In this document: one piece after another, positions 23,820 to 36,811 of the stretch | How positions within the stretch are numbered: position 1 is the first letter of the stretch | How the letters are laid out: the number at the start of each line of letters is the position of its first letter | Assembly: GCA_046563655.1 (NCBI GenBank) | Contig: CM102283.1 | Span: 558,001 to 622,000 of the forward strand | Source: Yuukianura sp. NJ FZ-2021 | Lineage: Eukaryota | Direction of reading: 5' to 3' | Length of the DNA: 64,000 nt | Notes under the pieces: generated by a model | The model's input: the letters and a program-made list of their open reading frames with translations, nothing else | Database searches by the model: none | What the model was told of the DNA's origin: nothing | Translations under genes and position numbers: made by a program

Positions 23820-24680
23820 ATGTCACATGTTGATCTGACCTTTGACCTTTGACCCAGCGCAGTGACCTCATGTAAAACCAAAGGAAACATAGGCATGTAG
23901 TATATCAATCGAAATGGTAGGTCAAATGGAGTCGACTGACGTATTACATGATGACCTCTGACTTTTGACCTTTGACCTAGCGCAGTGACCTTATGTGAAA
24001 CCAAGGGAAACATAGGCATGTAGTATATCAATCGAAAGGGTAGGTCAAATGGAGTCGACTGACGTATTACATGATGACCTCTGACCTTTAACCTTTGACC
24101 CAGCGCAGTGACCTCATGCGAAACCAAAGGAAACATAGGCATGTAGTATATCAGTCGAAAGGGTAGGTCAAATGGAGTCGATTGACGTATCACATGATGA
24201 CCTCTGACCTTTGACCTTTGACCTAGCACAGTGACCTCATGCGAAATCACAGGAAATATAGGCATGTAGTATATCAGTCGAAAGGGTAGGTCAAATGGAG
24301 TCGATTCACGTATCACATGTTGACCTCTGACCTTTGACCTTTGATCTAGCACAGTGACCTCATGCGAAATCACAGGAAATTGAAGTAGGCTATCTCACAA
24401 CTTGACCTGTGACCTTTGACCCTTGACCTAGCGCTATGACCTCACAAAATCACACCAAACACACGTAAATGACATGTCATTCGAAAGCAGAGCTCAAATG
24501 CAGTCGGTTGATGTAAGACACATTGACCTGTGACCTTTGACCCTTGACCCAGAGCGGTGACCTCACATAGAATTAAACCAAACACAGGCGAGTGACATGT
24601 CATTCGAAAGCAGAGCTCAAATGCAGTCGGTTGAAGTAAGACACATTGACCTTTGACCCAGTGTGGGTGACCTCATGGCA
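23820..24680. repeat. 123-bp tandem array (about 4.5 copies plus 2 diverged units)
   Basis: Matching units at 23938, 24061 and 24184, rich in TGACCT. Confidence 0.9.
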
Positions 24681-24684
24681 TGTG

Positions 24685-24910
24685 TTCCCCAAATTTGTTG
24701 CGGGTTCCCAAAATTGGTAGCGGGTGCCTAAAGTCATAGCGGGTTCCCCATATTGGTAGCAGGTTACAAAGGTGGTAGTAGGTTCCGCAAATTGGTAGCG
24801 AGTTCCCAAAGTGGTATTGGGTGCCCAAAGCGGTAGCGGGTTCCCAAATTGGTAGCGGGTTCCTAAAATTGATAGCAACTTCCTAAAATTGGTAGAGGGT
24901 GCCCAAAGTC
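24685..24910. repeat. About 20-bp tandem array GGTAGCGGGTTCCCAAA (resumes at 25385-25470)
   Basis: Visible tandem copies split by a MITE. Confidence 0.85.
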
Positions 24911-24921
24911 GGGTATAGTTT

Positions 24922-25379
24922 TACTATCGTGCGGTATTTCGGATTTTGATCATTTTTTTTTCAAAACACCTTATTAACACCTTATTGACCCCTTGATTTG
25001 CAAGAATATATTTTATTTTTCCCGGAAATAAAATTTCGAGTTGTTGGAAATTTTTGAAATATGACAATTCCCCATAAGGTTGTGTTATTTTTTTTTTTTT
25101 ACAAATTTATTTGATTTTTGTCATAAATCAGTAATGCTTTATTAAATTAGCCGAGCAAAGCGAGGCCTGTTAGGTTAAAAATCAAATAAATCCATAAACT
25201 GAATAAAAAAATTAACGTGTAACCTTATGCGGATTTTTCAAATTTCAAAAATTTCTAAAAATTCAAAATTTCATTTCCGCGAAAAACTAAATATATTTTT
25301 GGTATGAAGGCGTTAGGTCAATAAGGCGTTAGGTTTGAAAAAAAAATTTGATCAAAATCCCAAGTAGCGCCCGATAGTA
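24922..25379. mobile_element. MITE with imperfect long TIRs
   Basis: TACTATCGTGCGGTATTTCGGATTTTGATCA...TGATCAAAATCCCAAGTAGCGCCCGATAGTA; related copy at 30022-30314. Confidence 0.7.
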
Positions 25380-28300
25380 AAATTATTCCCAAAGTCGTAG
25401 CGGGTTCCCCAAATTGGTAGCCGGTTTCCAAATATGTAGCGGGTACCCAAAGTCGTAGCGGGTGCCCAAAATTGAGATGCTTTCCTATGTGCTCGCTTAC
25501 ACTACCACAAGAGCTAGCCCCGCTTTCAGAAGCGGGCATTCTACCTTGTATTTAATAAAAAAGTAGTGTAAGTATGTAACACTTACATTAAAACTAAAAT
25601 AAGCTGGTATAATTTGACAAATATCAATACACCATAATTATGTAAAGGTATATTCACACAGGAATTGATACATAAATTGAAAATTAAGTTTAATCTACGA
25701 TATTTTGACAAATATGCCAAACAATTTAAGCACTGTTAAGCATATGAAGCGGGTAGCACAAATGTTGCATAATATAAAAAGAAATACGCAGCCTACAATA
25801 AGAAGAATTTGGCGATTAATATTGAGCTTAAGTCAAACCCATCCAAACACTAGACGGCTCATTCAAAATACAAATAGAAATATTAGTAAATTGCACAGAG
25901 TAATTGCAAACATGCGTGAATATACAATGCACATGCACTGTATTTCAAGAAAAACACAAATACTATTAATCAAAGAAATTTATTCGATAGCAATATGCAG
26001 TTTATTTAGGAATATCACAAGAATAGTAACTAATATTAACCCTATCATTACGGAAATAACATGCATAATTAGAAGAATGATATTAAAAATAGCGCAACTT
26101 CCACATTCAAGCATTAGTCGAACTATAAAATATGAGAGGAACCTTCGTTGTCCCTGCTGGCAATCCAGGTGGCCCGATGTCACAATACCACTACTATGTA
26201 AATGGGGTGCTTTAATACACTAACCTTTAGGTATAATCATCTTAGTCGCATTGTTCAATGCTAGCTATGTTCAGCACATGTTACGCACGTTGGATACCGA
26301 GATCCAATGGGGAACTACTACTCCCCCTGAATGACGCGAAATACGGAACCAGCAGACGTCATGTCACATGGTATAAGTGGCCGACTACTATCTACAGTAC
26401 GGCAACAACTTACTATTAGACTTCCCGTCCCTTTCGTATTACGTCCAAGGGTGAGATTATGATGGACAATATGAGTCCTCTTATGCCATGCCATGTTACT
26501 ACAGAGTTCTGCAACATCGTACATTCAACCATCGTTTGCGGGAAGAAATATAGCATTTCTCAGAAGTAGACGGTACGCGCATCTCAATCAAACCTGTTTA
26601 GTAGGTCAAACGTTCATCTGCTGCCCTTCCGTTGGAGTGTTTGTTCAGTGGAGTTCGAGTTCGAGTTACCGTTATTATTTTTATACCTGGATTATTAATT
26701 ATTTTAGGATTAGCAGATTCAAGGTGTGTCCGGGAACCCCGTTCGGTATGGTGCTTGAAGATGAAGATGCAATATGAAGATGCTTCCATGAGCCTACAAC
26801 ATCGGCGTGTGACGGACACATCCGCAGGAGGTCACTGTCACCCTTTTAGGCGGCATACTTCCGGAAGTCGGCTTGACCAGCAAGGGCTCCTGGGATCTCT
26901 CTGGTTCTGGTTTCCCCGTACTCGGAATCCGTGAGCCGTCGAAACGACCAATGATGCCGAGCTCTGACCGCAAGCCAAACAGATATCGGCCTCTTTGCAA
27001 CTACAACTCCGCTCTCGGAATGGGAATAAAGACTGTAATCGGCGGTGTAATATGCCTCGGATACAACACTATCGTATCTTGAGATAAACTCTAACTCAGA
27101 AACTATAATAAAAGTCAGATGAACAATAGGGTTGTTGAGCGTCTTATGTTTATTGAGATCTAGAAAACTCCCTACCATGAAGACTTCACCGTATGTATCA
27201 AAGGTCAGAGGTCACCTTCAACTTAACCTTCCTTATATGGCAACTGCCAACTAACCTATTAACAGGTCTATAAGTTAGGATAACGATATGCTAATAGACT
27301 CGTGACCTCTTGACCTCGGCCGTCGGACATCCAACGCCGGTCAGGACTTAACTATGGCTCCTCCGACTCAGACTCCCGCGGAGCCCAAGCACACTATCCC
27401 CTCCGATTCACTCGGAGTCCAGATATCAACTCTCTACATATAAAGAGATACTCTCAAGGTAAGTATGTATATGACTCATTCGTTGTAATGGGAATGCCTC
27501 CGGGCTTAGTAAACCTGGGGGGATTCCAGCTTATTGGCTCATGCGCCATAAAGTGGCCTTGGGCCCAAATATGAGCTAATACTTATAGGCTTATTGCGCC
27601 TTAGAGTGTGAGTGGTTTAATCCGCTTAAACCGCTCACAGTCACCACATAAAGCAACTTAGGCAAAGGTCAGGATCCCCAAAATTGAAGGAATAATAAAG
27701 TTTTTTTGGTCATATCAACAAGGAATTGAAGAAATGGGACAGAAAAATTGCTATAAGCTAATGCCCTCTGTAAGGGGATTTTCGTAAAATTTCGATTTTC
27801 TACAAATTGCCCCAAAATTCAATCCAAGACGGCCGCCATCCTTGTCAACACCCTGCATCTGCACAATAACGTTTTGTGCCATCAATGACATCATCAACCC
27901 CCTCCCCCCATTTCCGCACCCCACATACCCCATATATATACTCACTCCTTAGCCCCACGTGGCCCAAAATCACGAGATTTTTCTTGGTGGATAGTTTTCG
28001 TGCTTTCCAAAACAGAAACATGGAGTTTCAAAAAAAATATTAGGGACATATTTTTTGCCTTGCCGGTCTATCTTTGCAGGCGTTATGTAGCACTAATATC
28101 ACTCTTTCCGATTGCTTTTCCGATGAAATTAATACATAAGCACTCGTCAGTGTTATAGCCACGCTAAAACATGATCTTGATCATCAAGTGATAATGACTG
28201 TGCTGTAACTAGTACGATAAATAACTCCAAAATATACTAGACGAACTTCCTATCTTTTAGTATTCTCTAATGCCTAACCTGAAAAAAAAAAACATTGTAG

Positions 28301-29005
28301 TAGTTCTTCTACTGAGCCATCAGTTAAAAAAAAGAGCGTTTTTGAAAAAATCCCAGTTAAGACCCCCACCCCCAGTATACATTAAAAAATGTTTGAAGAA
28401 AAAAAAATCTAAAAACAAAAGTTTAGAAACTTTTTCAATACACAAAGCGAAAGGGAATCATCACTTCCTTTTCATAAAGCAGAGATAATGTCTGTTTGTC
28501 CTCTTCCAAAGTTCGGCACTTCTGCTACACTCCCCAAACTCTCGGGTCGGGGTGGCAACTCTTGCACCGATCCAAAAGTTGTTTTTGTTATCCGGTTAGT
28601 TCGAGCGCCGCCGGGAGGCGGCGCCACGGATTGCCTAGTTCATCATAAATTATTCAGCTTTGTTTAAACGTTATTTCTTAAATTAATTGTAAAGATTTTA
28701 CAGCTTTTCCGTTATATTATGTTGTTCAAACAATTTCGCGTTTGTTCTTGTGAAAACAAAAATGTTTTGTTCTTCGCTGATCGCTCATGAGAAAAACTCC
28801 TCATGTTTTTATTCCCAGTTTGGGTTCCTTTCCTAGTAGGCAATCTAGGTAATGAGCATCTTAACGAAGATAAAGTAAGTATAGAATAATGAGTAGTAGA
28901 GTTATTGCTACATACGTAGTATTTTAGCACACATTAAAGTCCTTGCATGTTTAAACTAATCAGTAACCAGGAACTGAAGAATCTTGGATGCCAATATCTA
29001 CATCC

Positions 29006-29737
29006 TTAAGCTTTTGTTCCGTAGTAGATATAAATTGGAAAGACGATGTGGATGATGGCCGTTGGAGTACCAAGGATGAAGCGCAGGGCTGGGATCCTGG
29101 TTCGGAAAAACAACACCAAGGTGATCCGGACCGAGTTAAGTCCGGTGAGAACAATTAAACTCGGGAAGAAGAAACGATCCGAGATTTGAGTTAAGAGTAG
29201 AGTAATTGTTGAGCCTACCAAGCCATAACCACATAGGCAAAACAGTTCACTGGAAATTGAATAGACAAGCATTTCAAAAGTGAAAGAAAACCATATAAGT
29301 TAATGACTGTGTCAGTCTCACCGAAACGTGATTCTTGTTCTCGTAAGTTTTGAGACGAGAAAAATGAAAGTTGTGAAGGAAATAACGTAGAGCGTAGGAA
29401 GAGTCATTGGAAAAAGTCCGCCATTTCTTCCGCCACCAGTTCGACTGAACAAAACTGCCGTTAGGAGGAAAATGGAGAGCGCTGTACCTTCATAATCCAA
29501 GGGTGTCTGTGCAAATGGCCCCAATGGAGGAAAAAACGACATAAGGAATCTGGCCAAGACGGATTTACTGGAGAAAAGATGCTGGCGGAATGTTATTTGC
29601 GGGTCGCGACGGTGAAAACGTCCACTGCTGGGATGTGCGTCACTTTTATCTTCACGGTCAGCAATGTCGGAGTAAATAGGGATCGAAGTGTATGTTATAT
29701 CTGACGATGTCAGAGGAGAGATCTTTTGTCTGAACAT
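29006..29737 (-). CDS. YIPF3: YIPF3-like Yip1-family membrane protein, 2 exons (29737-29322, 29249-29006)
   Basis: VLARFLMSFFP, CGYGLVG and GLNSVRITLVLFFRT...AIIHIVFPIYIYY parallel YIPF3; clean intron. Confidence 0.7.
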
Positions 29738-29780
29738 GGCGATAGCAATAGTTTGAATAAAGAAGGAAATCACAAGCCTG

Positions 29781-31276
29781 CTAGTTCCCCAAGTACTGCT
29801 TCAAATTCCCGCCTTCAAGGGTAACCATCTCCTTGTATTTTCGAAGCAGTTTCTTCTTGAGGATCAGTTGCTCCTGCAATGCTTCGAACTTTTGAATCTG
29901 AGCCTCCTTGCTGAACTCTATTCCAGGAAGAACTGAAATCTAAAAAAAATCCAGTATATTCTAACCTTTCATTTCTTCTTCAAAGATTTTACAAGGAAGC
30001 AGAACAGTATCAGGAATAATTTTAATATCGGGCGGTATTTCGGATTTTAGATTACCCTTAACCTCGGTGACTTCGCTTCGCTCGGTAATTTAATAAAACA
30101 GTACTGTATTATGACAAATATCAAATAACTCCGTAAACTGAATCAAAAATTGTTTCGAAAGAAAAAACTCAACTTGTAACTTTACGGGGATTTTTCAAAT
30201 TTCAAAAAAATTCAAAGTTATATTTAGGGAAAAAAATTATGACTTTCTGTATCAGGGGGTCAATAGGGCGTTTTTTAAAAAAATGAAAAAAATTGGAAAT
30301 ACCGCCCGATACTAAAATTTTACCCAGAATGAGGCTTTTACTAGATCAATAAGTACGGTTGCCCGCTAGTTCGATTGAAAATGAAATTTTGCTTTTGTTT
30401 TGGGGTGGCTGATGAGAGTGTTCGTTAAGAAAATTTGAAAATAATTAAGTCAGAAATGAGAAAGAGTTTTCACCTCACCATTCACCAATTGGTCAGTAAT
30501 ATTAAAACAATGAAAACCTTAGGTTCTGATGTAAATGGAATATATATAAAACTGGAACTGATATGAACGTTCAATCCAAAAAATTTTTTCCCGTGCTCTT
30601 TAGCCTGACCTGCTTGCGACTTCCGGGAAAGTGTCATAGGGCAATACTTCATAATGACAAAAAATGACCTACTTATAACCCTAAACAACCTTCATAGGGG
30701 TCATGCTTGACGTTGTCTAAGGTCAAGTTTTACAAAAGTATTTCAAAATTTTCAATACATGGGAGAGCATGGGAACTGGACTTAGAAAATTTTCAATGCT
30801 TGAACTGACACTTGCACCAATCCACCCAGAAAAAAAAAACGATCATTTTATGCTTACAATCGAACTAGCGGCCGGCCCAGAATCATGAACCGCAACAGGA
30901 TTAATATTTAAAAAAAAAATAACTTACCTGCTGTCGAACTTGCTCTAGTTTCTTATGAAACTCTACAATCTTCTGGCTGCTTTCCTCGGTCCGTTTTCCA
31001 GTGGTGTCATTACTCTCTCGCTCAATACTATGTAAAAACAAAATACGACAGTAATTAGTAATTGTAATAGTATCCACCTGAACCTGACTTCATACGGAGT
31101 TGTATTTATTATCTCTCACAAGGGCAACTATGAAACTATGATAATCAAGTCTAGCTTTGAATTGTAAAAATTAGACGTCATCTGATAAGTTTTGTAATTT
31201 AGTAATGACGATAGTCTTACCACTTCAGAATTTCGTAAATCTCTGCCAAAAAATCAATGTCTTCTAAAGAACCCAT
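29781..31276 (-). CDS. MED9: Mediator subunit 9, 3 exons (31276-31221, 31027-30928, 29939-29781)
   Basis: Spliced product IDFLAEIYEILKCIERE...EESSQKIVEFHKKLEQVRQQISVLPGIEFSKEAQIQKFEALQEQLILKKKLLRKYKE. Confidence 0.85.
30022..30314. mobile_element. MITE (family of 24922-25379) in MED9 intron 2
   Basis: TATCGGGCGGTATTTC...GAAATACCGCCCGATA. Confidence 0.7.
30357..30877. mobile_element. Second MITE in MED9 intron 2
   Basis: CCGCTAGTTCGATTG...CAATCGAACTAGCGG inverted ends; interior resembles about 18890-19010. Confidence 0.6.
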
Positions 31277-32346
31277 GTTCCTACTTCGCAGGTTCCGATG
31301 TTTACTTTTACGTCGGGCGAACACGGGATAGTCACGGAAGAAAGTTAAAATGAAACCGAAAAGCTGTTTTCAAATTGAAACGAAATTCAAGCAAAACGTA
31401 GGCGGAAAGACCTTCCAGAACCCAGATGCAAAGGGGGAACACAGGGGAGCACAAACAGTACGAGATTTGTTGACTTAACCGCCACTCCACTGGTTATGTA
31501 GTAAAGCGTTCTAGTCTGTGTGTAGTTCATCGTCAGCCAACAACAAATTCCTTTCAAAAGACGCCAAGTCCATGCCCCTCCGATTGTTGGATTCCATAGT
31601 TACCGAGACACATCAAAAGAGGTGGGTGAGTACATAGGTGCGGTGAGCCCTTAGGCGTTTTCTCATTGCCGTCGGAGGCATAGAGCTTTCAAACCCTGCA
31701 TACCAACACGCCATTCCTTGAATCTTATGAGCGGAACGTTGTAGACCACTGGTTTATGGACGCCACTTTATAGATATTACTCTAATAGTGACAAGGGGCA
31801 TAACCAAACCACACAGCAAAATATCCAAAGGTCACCGCCTATTCCCTCCCGCTAGCTACCGTCCATTTGACTACATGGGTACATAAGCAGAAGCGTCGGG
31901 TTACGCCAACAAAATCCGTTAATTTGGCAATTTCAATTGCCAGTGCAAAATCTATGGCAAATTTATGGCATTTGATCTTTAGTCCAAACTTTTTTTTCGA
32001 AGTAAACAAAAACACTTCCGGTTCCGGACTCAGGAAGTCAAAGTGTTTGACCACTTACTTCCATTTTTCATTGTAAAACGAAGCTCCTTGAATTACAATT
32101 CGTTTTGCTTTTTAGTATTCCACATGGATATCTCGACAGCTCGTTACTGAGTCCAAGAAAGTGAAATAGTTAATCAAAAGAGGTACAAGCGAGGTAAGTC
32201 GTTCGCTGAAGCGAACTGGTTGTTCAGCTGATCAGCTGTTTCTTTATGATTTATGAGAAATTACCGTAGGCTAGATACTAAGTCTATTTTGAAATGTTCT
32301 TGACTATATAATTTCTGCTAAATTTAGGTACATATTACATAACAAT

Positions 32347-34315
32347 ATGGGGAGTTGGTGGAGTGATGCATCTCCTTCAGAAACAGAAGAAGTCACCCAG
32401 GTGACAACGCACAATCCGTTTCGTTTTCCTCCAAAGGGAGGTAAATTAACGAATTCGCTTAGATACTAATCAAACAAGTCCATTCATTGATTTTGAAATT
32501 GTTCTCGTCTTCATGTTTTAGGTGGATCATACTTTGGATCTCATTTTATCATGGGCGGGGAGCGCTTCGAAACTTTTGGCGACAGTTATTTATTTGGCGA
32601 TAACTCAGATCTGAACTTCCTCGGAAGCAAACCTGTTCCGGTATGAGCATGATCCTTTAAACTTGACATGGAAATTCGAAATTTCACGCTGAATTAAAAT
32701 ATTACTCTTCTCGTTCCAGTTTCCTTACCCTGCTCCCACTGGCAATGAACCCACGAAAGCACTCAAAGCATTAATCTACATTCGGAAGGAAACAATCAAG
32801 TTTGTCCGTGTGCCAGACTCCAAAAGTTACACCATTGAATTTGTCTTTGACTCGGATTGCCGATGTCAGATCACAATCATGTACTTCTGTCGAGAGGAAC
32901 TCACGCCTTCCGGAGTTATGTACGTTATTTTACGTCTATCTGGACGTTATTAACTTCAATTAGTTTGTTGGTTCTTAAAGTGTTTTACATTTATGCGACA
33001 GTTATCGTCCTCAAGACGCAAAGTTGTGTTCCGAGCCGATTCGTTTCAAAGTCGGGGCAGCACAACGTTTTATAAACCCGACCCATACGTTTACGCCTTC
33101 GCTTTATCCAGAAGCCGAACTGCAATACGACTTGGACGCAGAAGTTTATCCCGTCGTTATTCACTGTGTGGCTCTAAGCGGTGATGGTGAGTTCATTTAA
33201 TTTGTTACGTTTTAAGGTTGCAAATATTTTCGTGTTTTGTTTTTTCATTTCAAGAGCAATCCCATTCAACAACTGCATTTGTCGATAAGCACGGAGAGGA
33301 CACTTACGTCTTAAAACCATTGAAACAAAAGTTGTTTGTCGACGGTTTGGCTTTTTTGCTTCAAGAGATTTATGGAATCGAGAACAAGCATGTGCAGAGA
33401 GAAGGAGACGATGAGTCACAAAATGCAGAGTGTGTCGTCTGCCTCTCAGAGATGCGCGACACCATCATTCTTCCCTGCCGCCACCTTTGTCTATGTCACT
33501 CTTGTGCGGATTCGTTACGATACCAAGCACAACTTTGTCCAATTTGCCGCTCACCATTTCGAGCCCTATTGCAAATCCGAGCTGTGTACAAAGTTCCTCC
33601 AGCTCCACTCGAATACCCAAGCATACCTTTGTCACTTGATGTAAGCTTAACATTGAAATTGTCTTTTGACAAAATTCTATTGGCTTTTCTCAACTTTTTC
33701 TTTCAATTTCAGGTGCCGGTCGTGCAAATGAATGCAATTCCCGGATTTGAAACTGTGCCGCTGATAGAAGCTCTGAACGGTCCATTTCGTCGGGGTTCGG
33801 CAGATGCTTCGCAGCAAGGCCTTCCTTGCGTCGCTGTCCACGCTGCGCGGGAATTGAAAAGTAGCGACAAGTCAGACTCGGATCAAGAGAATCCCTTTTC
33901 TGTTCCAATTGCACTCAAAGTCATGGTTGCATCTTCGGCTGTTCCTCGGCAAGTGGAGCAACATGGACAAGTTGAAGTTATTGTCAGTCCGACTCCGCTA
34001 ACTCCAGCAGCAGAAAGTGACCTTGAACTTGACGTTGACGAAGTGGACGAAGATCCGGAAGAACCGGAACCCCAAGTCATTGTGGTCACAACGGCGAGTC
34101 ATCAAAGTGAATCTTGTCAAGCAACACCAATCTCCAGGCACAACAGTGTGAACAGGCAGGAGGAGCAACAAGGCTCCTCCCTTCCCACATCACCCAACAT
34201 GCACACAATCCCTGTTTCTATGACCAATGTGTCGACACGATCCAGCGGAGACTCTTTCACTTCCGCCGGTTCCACAAAGCAACTTCTATCGGTGTTGCAA
34301 CAGGAGGCAGTTTAA
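32347..34315 (+). CDS. MGRN1: Mahogunin/RNF157-family RING E3 ligase, about 6 exons
   Basis: MGSWW start, YFGSHFIMGGERF, LLQEIYGIENK, RING CVVCLSEMRDTIILPCRHLCLCHSCADSLRYQAQLCPICRSPFRALL. Confidence 0.92.
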
Positions 34316-34953
34316 ATTCAAGCAATCCCCAAAACTCAACTCGTCAACTCACAATTTCACTTTTGCAATCGTCAAAGTTTTAAATCTTAAACATTTCGAT
34401 TCATTTTAGGCTACTACAAGTTAGGTTTAGCGTATCGGACACACGAAATGTTCACTTTCAGCGTTAGGTTAATTTGAAGTTCCAAAGTTTCAAAATCCGT
34501 TTAAAATTTTCCCTTCAGCTACACTTGATAGCGTGCTAAATTTAGTGGAAAATGGAATTTTTAGTCACATTACTCAAATTTCAAATTGTCTCAATTTTTT
34601 TACCCTGATATGATCGTTACATATTCATTGCTCATGAATGTTTATTGTGTTATATTAAGTCTTTACATTCGAACATGCATTCAGCTAGGAAGTGACGATC
34701 TTCTGTCTAACTCAGATTCGTTTCTTGGAATTTTAAGTTTAGAATATTGTTGACCACTTTTGGACGTGTATAAAAGGGTGAGATTTTGCGTGTCCACTTG
34801 TCATTCTGTCTCCGGCACTTTCCTCCAGTCTTTCATCGCTCTTCTCTCTTCACCTCTTGCACACTTCCAAAATTTTTGTAAGTTCAAAACTTTTTTGGTT
34901 ACTAGTTTTTTGAAAAAAATTTATTTTGAATTTTGACTTTTTCGTAGAGAACA

Positions 34954-35542
34954 ATGGCCTCATCTGGATCTGCTGCTTTGGTTGCTCTCCTCTTCCTTTT
35001 CGGATGTGCGATGGCTCAGAGGTAAGATTCTGATTCAAAACTAAATAAAAAACTAAAAAGGAGTCAAATTCTTAGAAAACTAATTCTTTTTTTTAATGTT
35101 ACTTTAGAATTGACGCTTATCGCCGCTGTCCAACTCGAGTACAGTCGGCAGAAGAAGTGAGCCGGCTCCGTGAAAGTTGCAAATACGGTGTCTACGAGGA
35201 CAACGTGAGTACAACAAAATTAAAATTAATTGTATACAAACTAGATTTGTCAGCGTACCATTTAGGAGAACATAAGTCGACCTATCTATGAAAATTTTTA
35301 TGAGTCTTATAACCCTTTATATTCAAGTTTTTGATTTTTATTTTGTTTCACAGTGTTCTCGATACCACTGTGCCAAGGGTCCCAGTGAGCAGTGTGGAAA
35401 TCTGAACTCAATGTTCCGGTCCCTTGGTCAGTGTGGCGAAGGGCTCCGATGTGCCTGTGGTCGATGCATGGGGTGCAGTTCTTTGGCATTCCCTATCGAA
35501 TGCTACGACAAAACGTGCAACCGTGACGAAGACTCAAATTAG
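34954..35542 (+). CDS. Neuroparsin precursor, 3 exons (34954-35021, 35108-35204, 35354-35542)
   Basis: Signal peptide, then CKYGV...CAKGPSEQCG...GQCGEGLRCACGRCMGCS. Confidence 0.85.
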
Positions 35543-36811
35543 ACAGAACACGACCCGAAAAGGTTAACCTAAAGAAACCCAAGACAATTCTCAGGAACCT
35601 CTTCAAACTCCAATGCTTTTAACGTTCGCACTTAATCTCTTCTGCACCTTGTTTACGCGGAAGATCTTCCTCCACAATTTATCACAACCTTGTTTCTGCT
35701 AAATTAAGCATTTTTTTACTCAGTTAATGTTTTAATTTATTTACATTGTATTTAAGTGTGTCTGAAGTGCTGGATCTATTTTAATGCAATGCAAACAAAG
35801 TAGGCTAGGCTCAGTTTGACAGTTGCGGAGTGAACATTTCGTTATCACGTTATTTCCAAATGTCATTTTTATTACCACTTCCTTTCGCGTCAAAATGAAA
35901 GTGAAGAGACCTATTAAACTTGAACTTGCAAAAAGAAAATAATAGCAAAGCGTTACTATTCTTATTCAGCTTGTTAACATCACTGAAACTTATTTGAGTA
36001 CGAGCATTTCATTGGAACTAATCTGTTGTAGGACGCCTTTTCTGGTGGAACGGAGAACGTTAAATTAGTTTGGAATCGTAAAAATAAAGTAAACATTTTT
36101 TTTGGAATTGCAAAAATAGTTTTAAATATTTTTGTGAGAAGATACTGTTTGTAAAGACATTAACGGTATTGCTTAGACTATTTAGTCCGCGCTTTCTTGT
36201 TTTCTAAAAGTGTCAGAGGAATCCGTCAAGTCGGTGAATTAGAATACCACTCTGGGAGGCTAAATTTGTTGACGGCGCGAAATCAGAAAATTTGAACCAA
36301 GTTCAATGTCAAATTATTTTATTCAATTTTTCGTGTAATATGGTTGACATAAGGGTGCATGACATTTGTTGTAAGCACATACTGCAGCCACCAACGTGAC
36401 ATGTGTAGCCTTTCGGTGGCTACAGCGAGCGGCTGGCTACGTAAAGTGGTTTAGTTCTGTTACGCATAGGTTTGTTACGCATAGTTTTGTTCCGAAAAAT
36501 AGAAGTTCAATAAAGGTTTTAAAAAGATGCGGTTTTTTTAGCCCTACAACAACGCCTTAGTGGGACATGAATATTACAACGGCTGTGATTTATCCTTACC
36601 GCAACCGGCAAAGTTTATCAACTTTTTTTATTTTTTTTTCTCGCGGTCATCTGCCTTGTCTTTATCTGTCTTCCGGACAATTAAGTTGGTCTCTGGACGG
36701 AGGATTCTTCTTCACATTCGTCATATCTCCTCATCTCTTCTTTACGGAAGCGTAAAAGTGCCAACTCACTTCCCGATTACCTCCTCCATAAGCGATACAT
36801 TGGAGTTGAAC

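Larger units (their letters stand above)
23681..25548 (+). mobile_element. Non-autonomous Helitron-like element with internal tandem arrays
   Basis: 5' A|TC, TGTTTATCTGTTTGTGTGTC tract, 3' hairpin CCCGCT-TTCAGA-AGCGGG then CTTG|T. Confidence 0.65.

Noticed and set aside
23753-24373. 206-aa repetitive ORF and a CRISPR-like look
   Set aside because: Product of the 123-bp (41-codon) tandem unit; no unique spacers or cas genes; eukaryotic DNA
25705-26223. 172-aa Ile/Arg/Asn-rich ORF
   Set aside because: No motif, non-ATG start, composition explained by AT bias
31400-31900. Possible structured ncRNA (GGAAGGTCT, RNase P-like) between MED9 and MGRN1
   Set aside because: Other conserved regions not found; would need a covariance-model search
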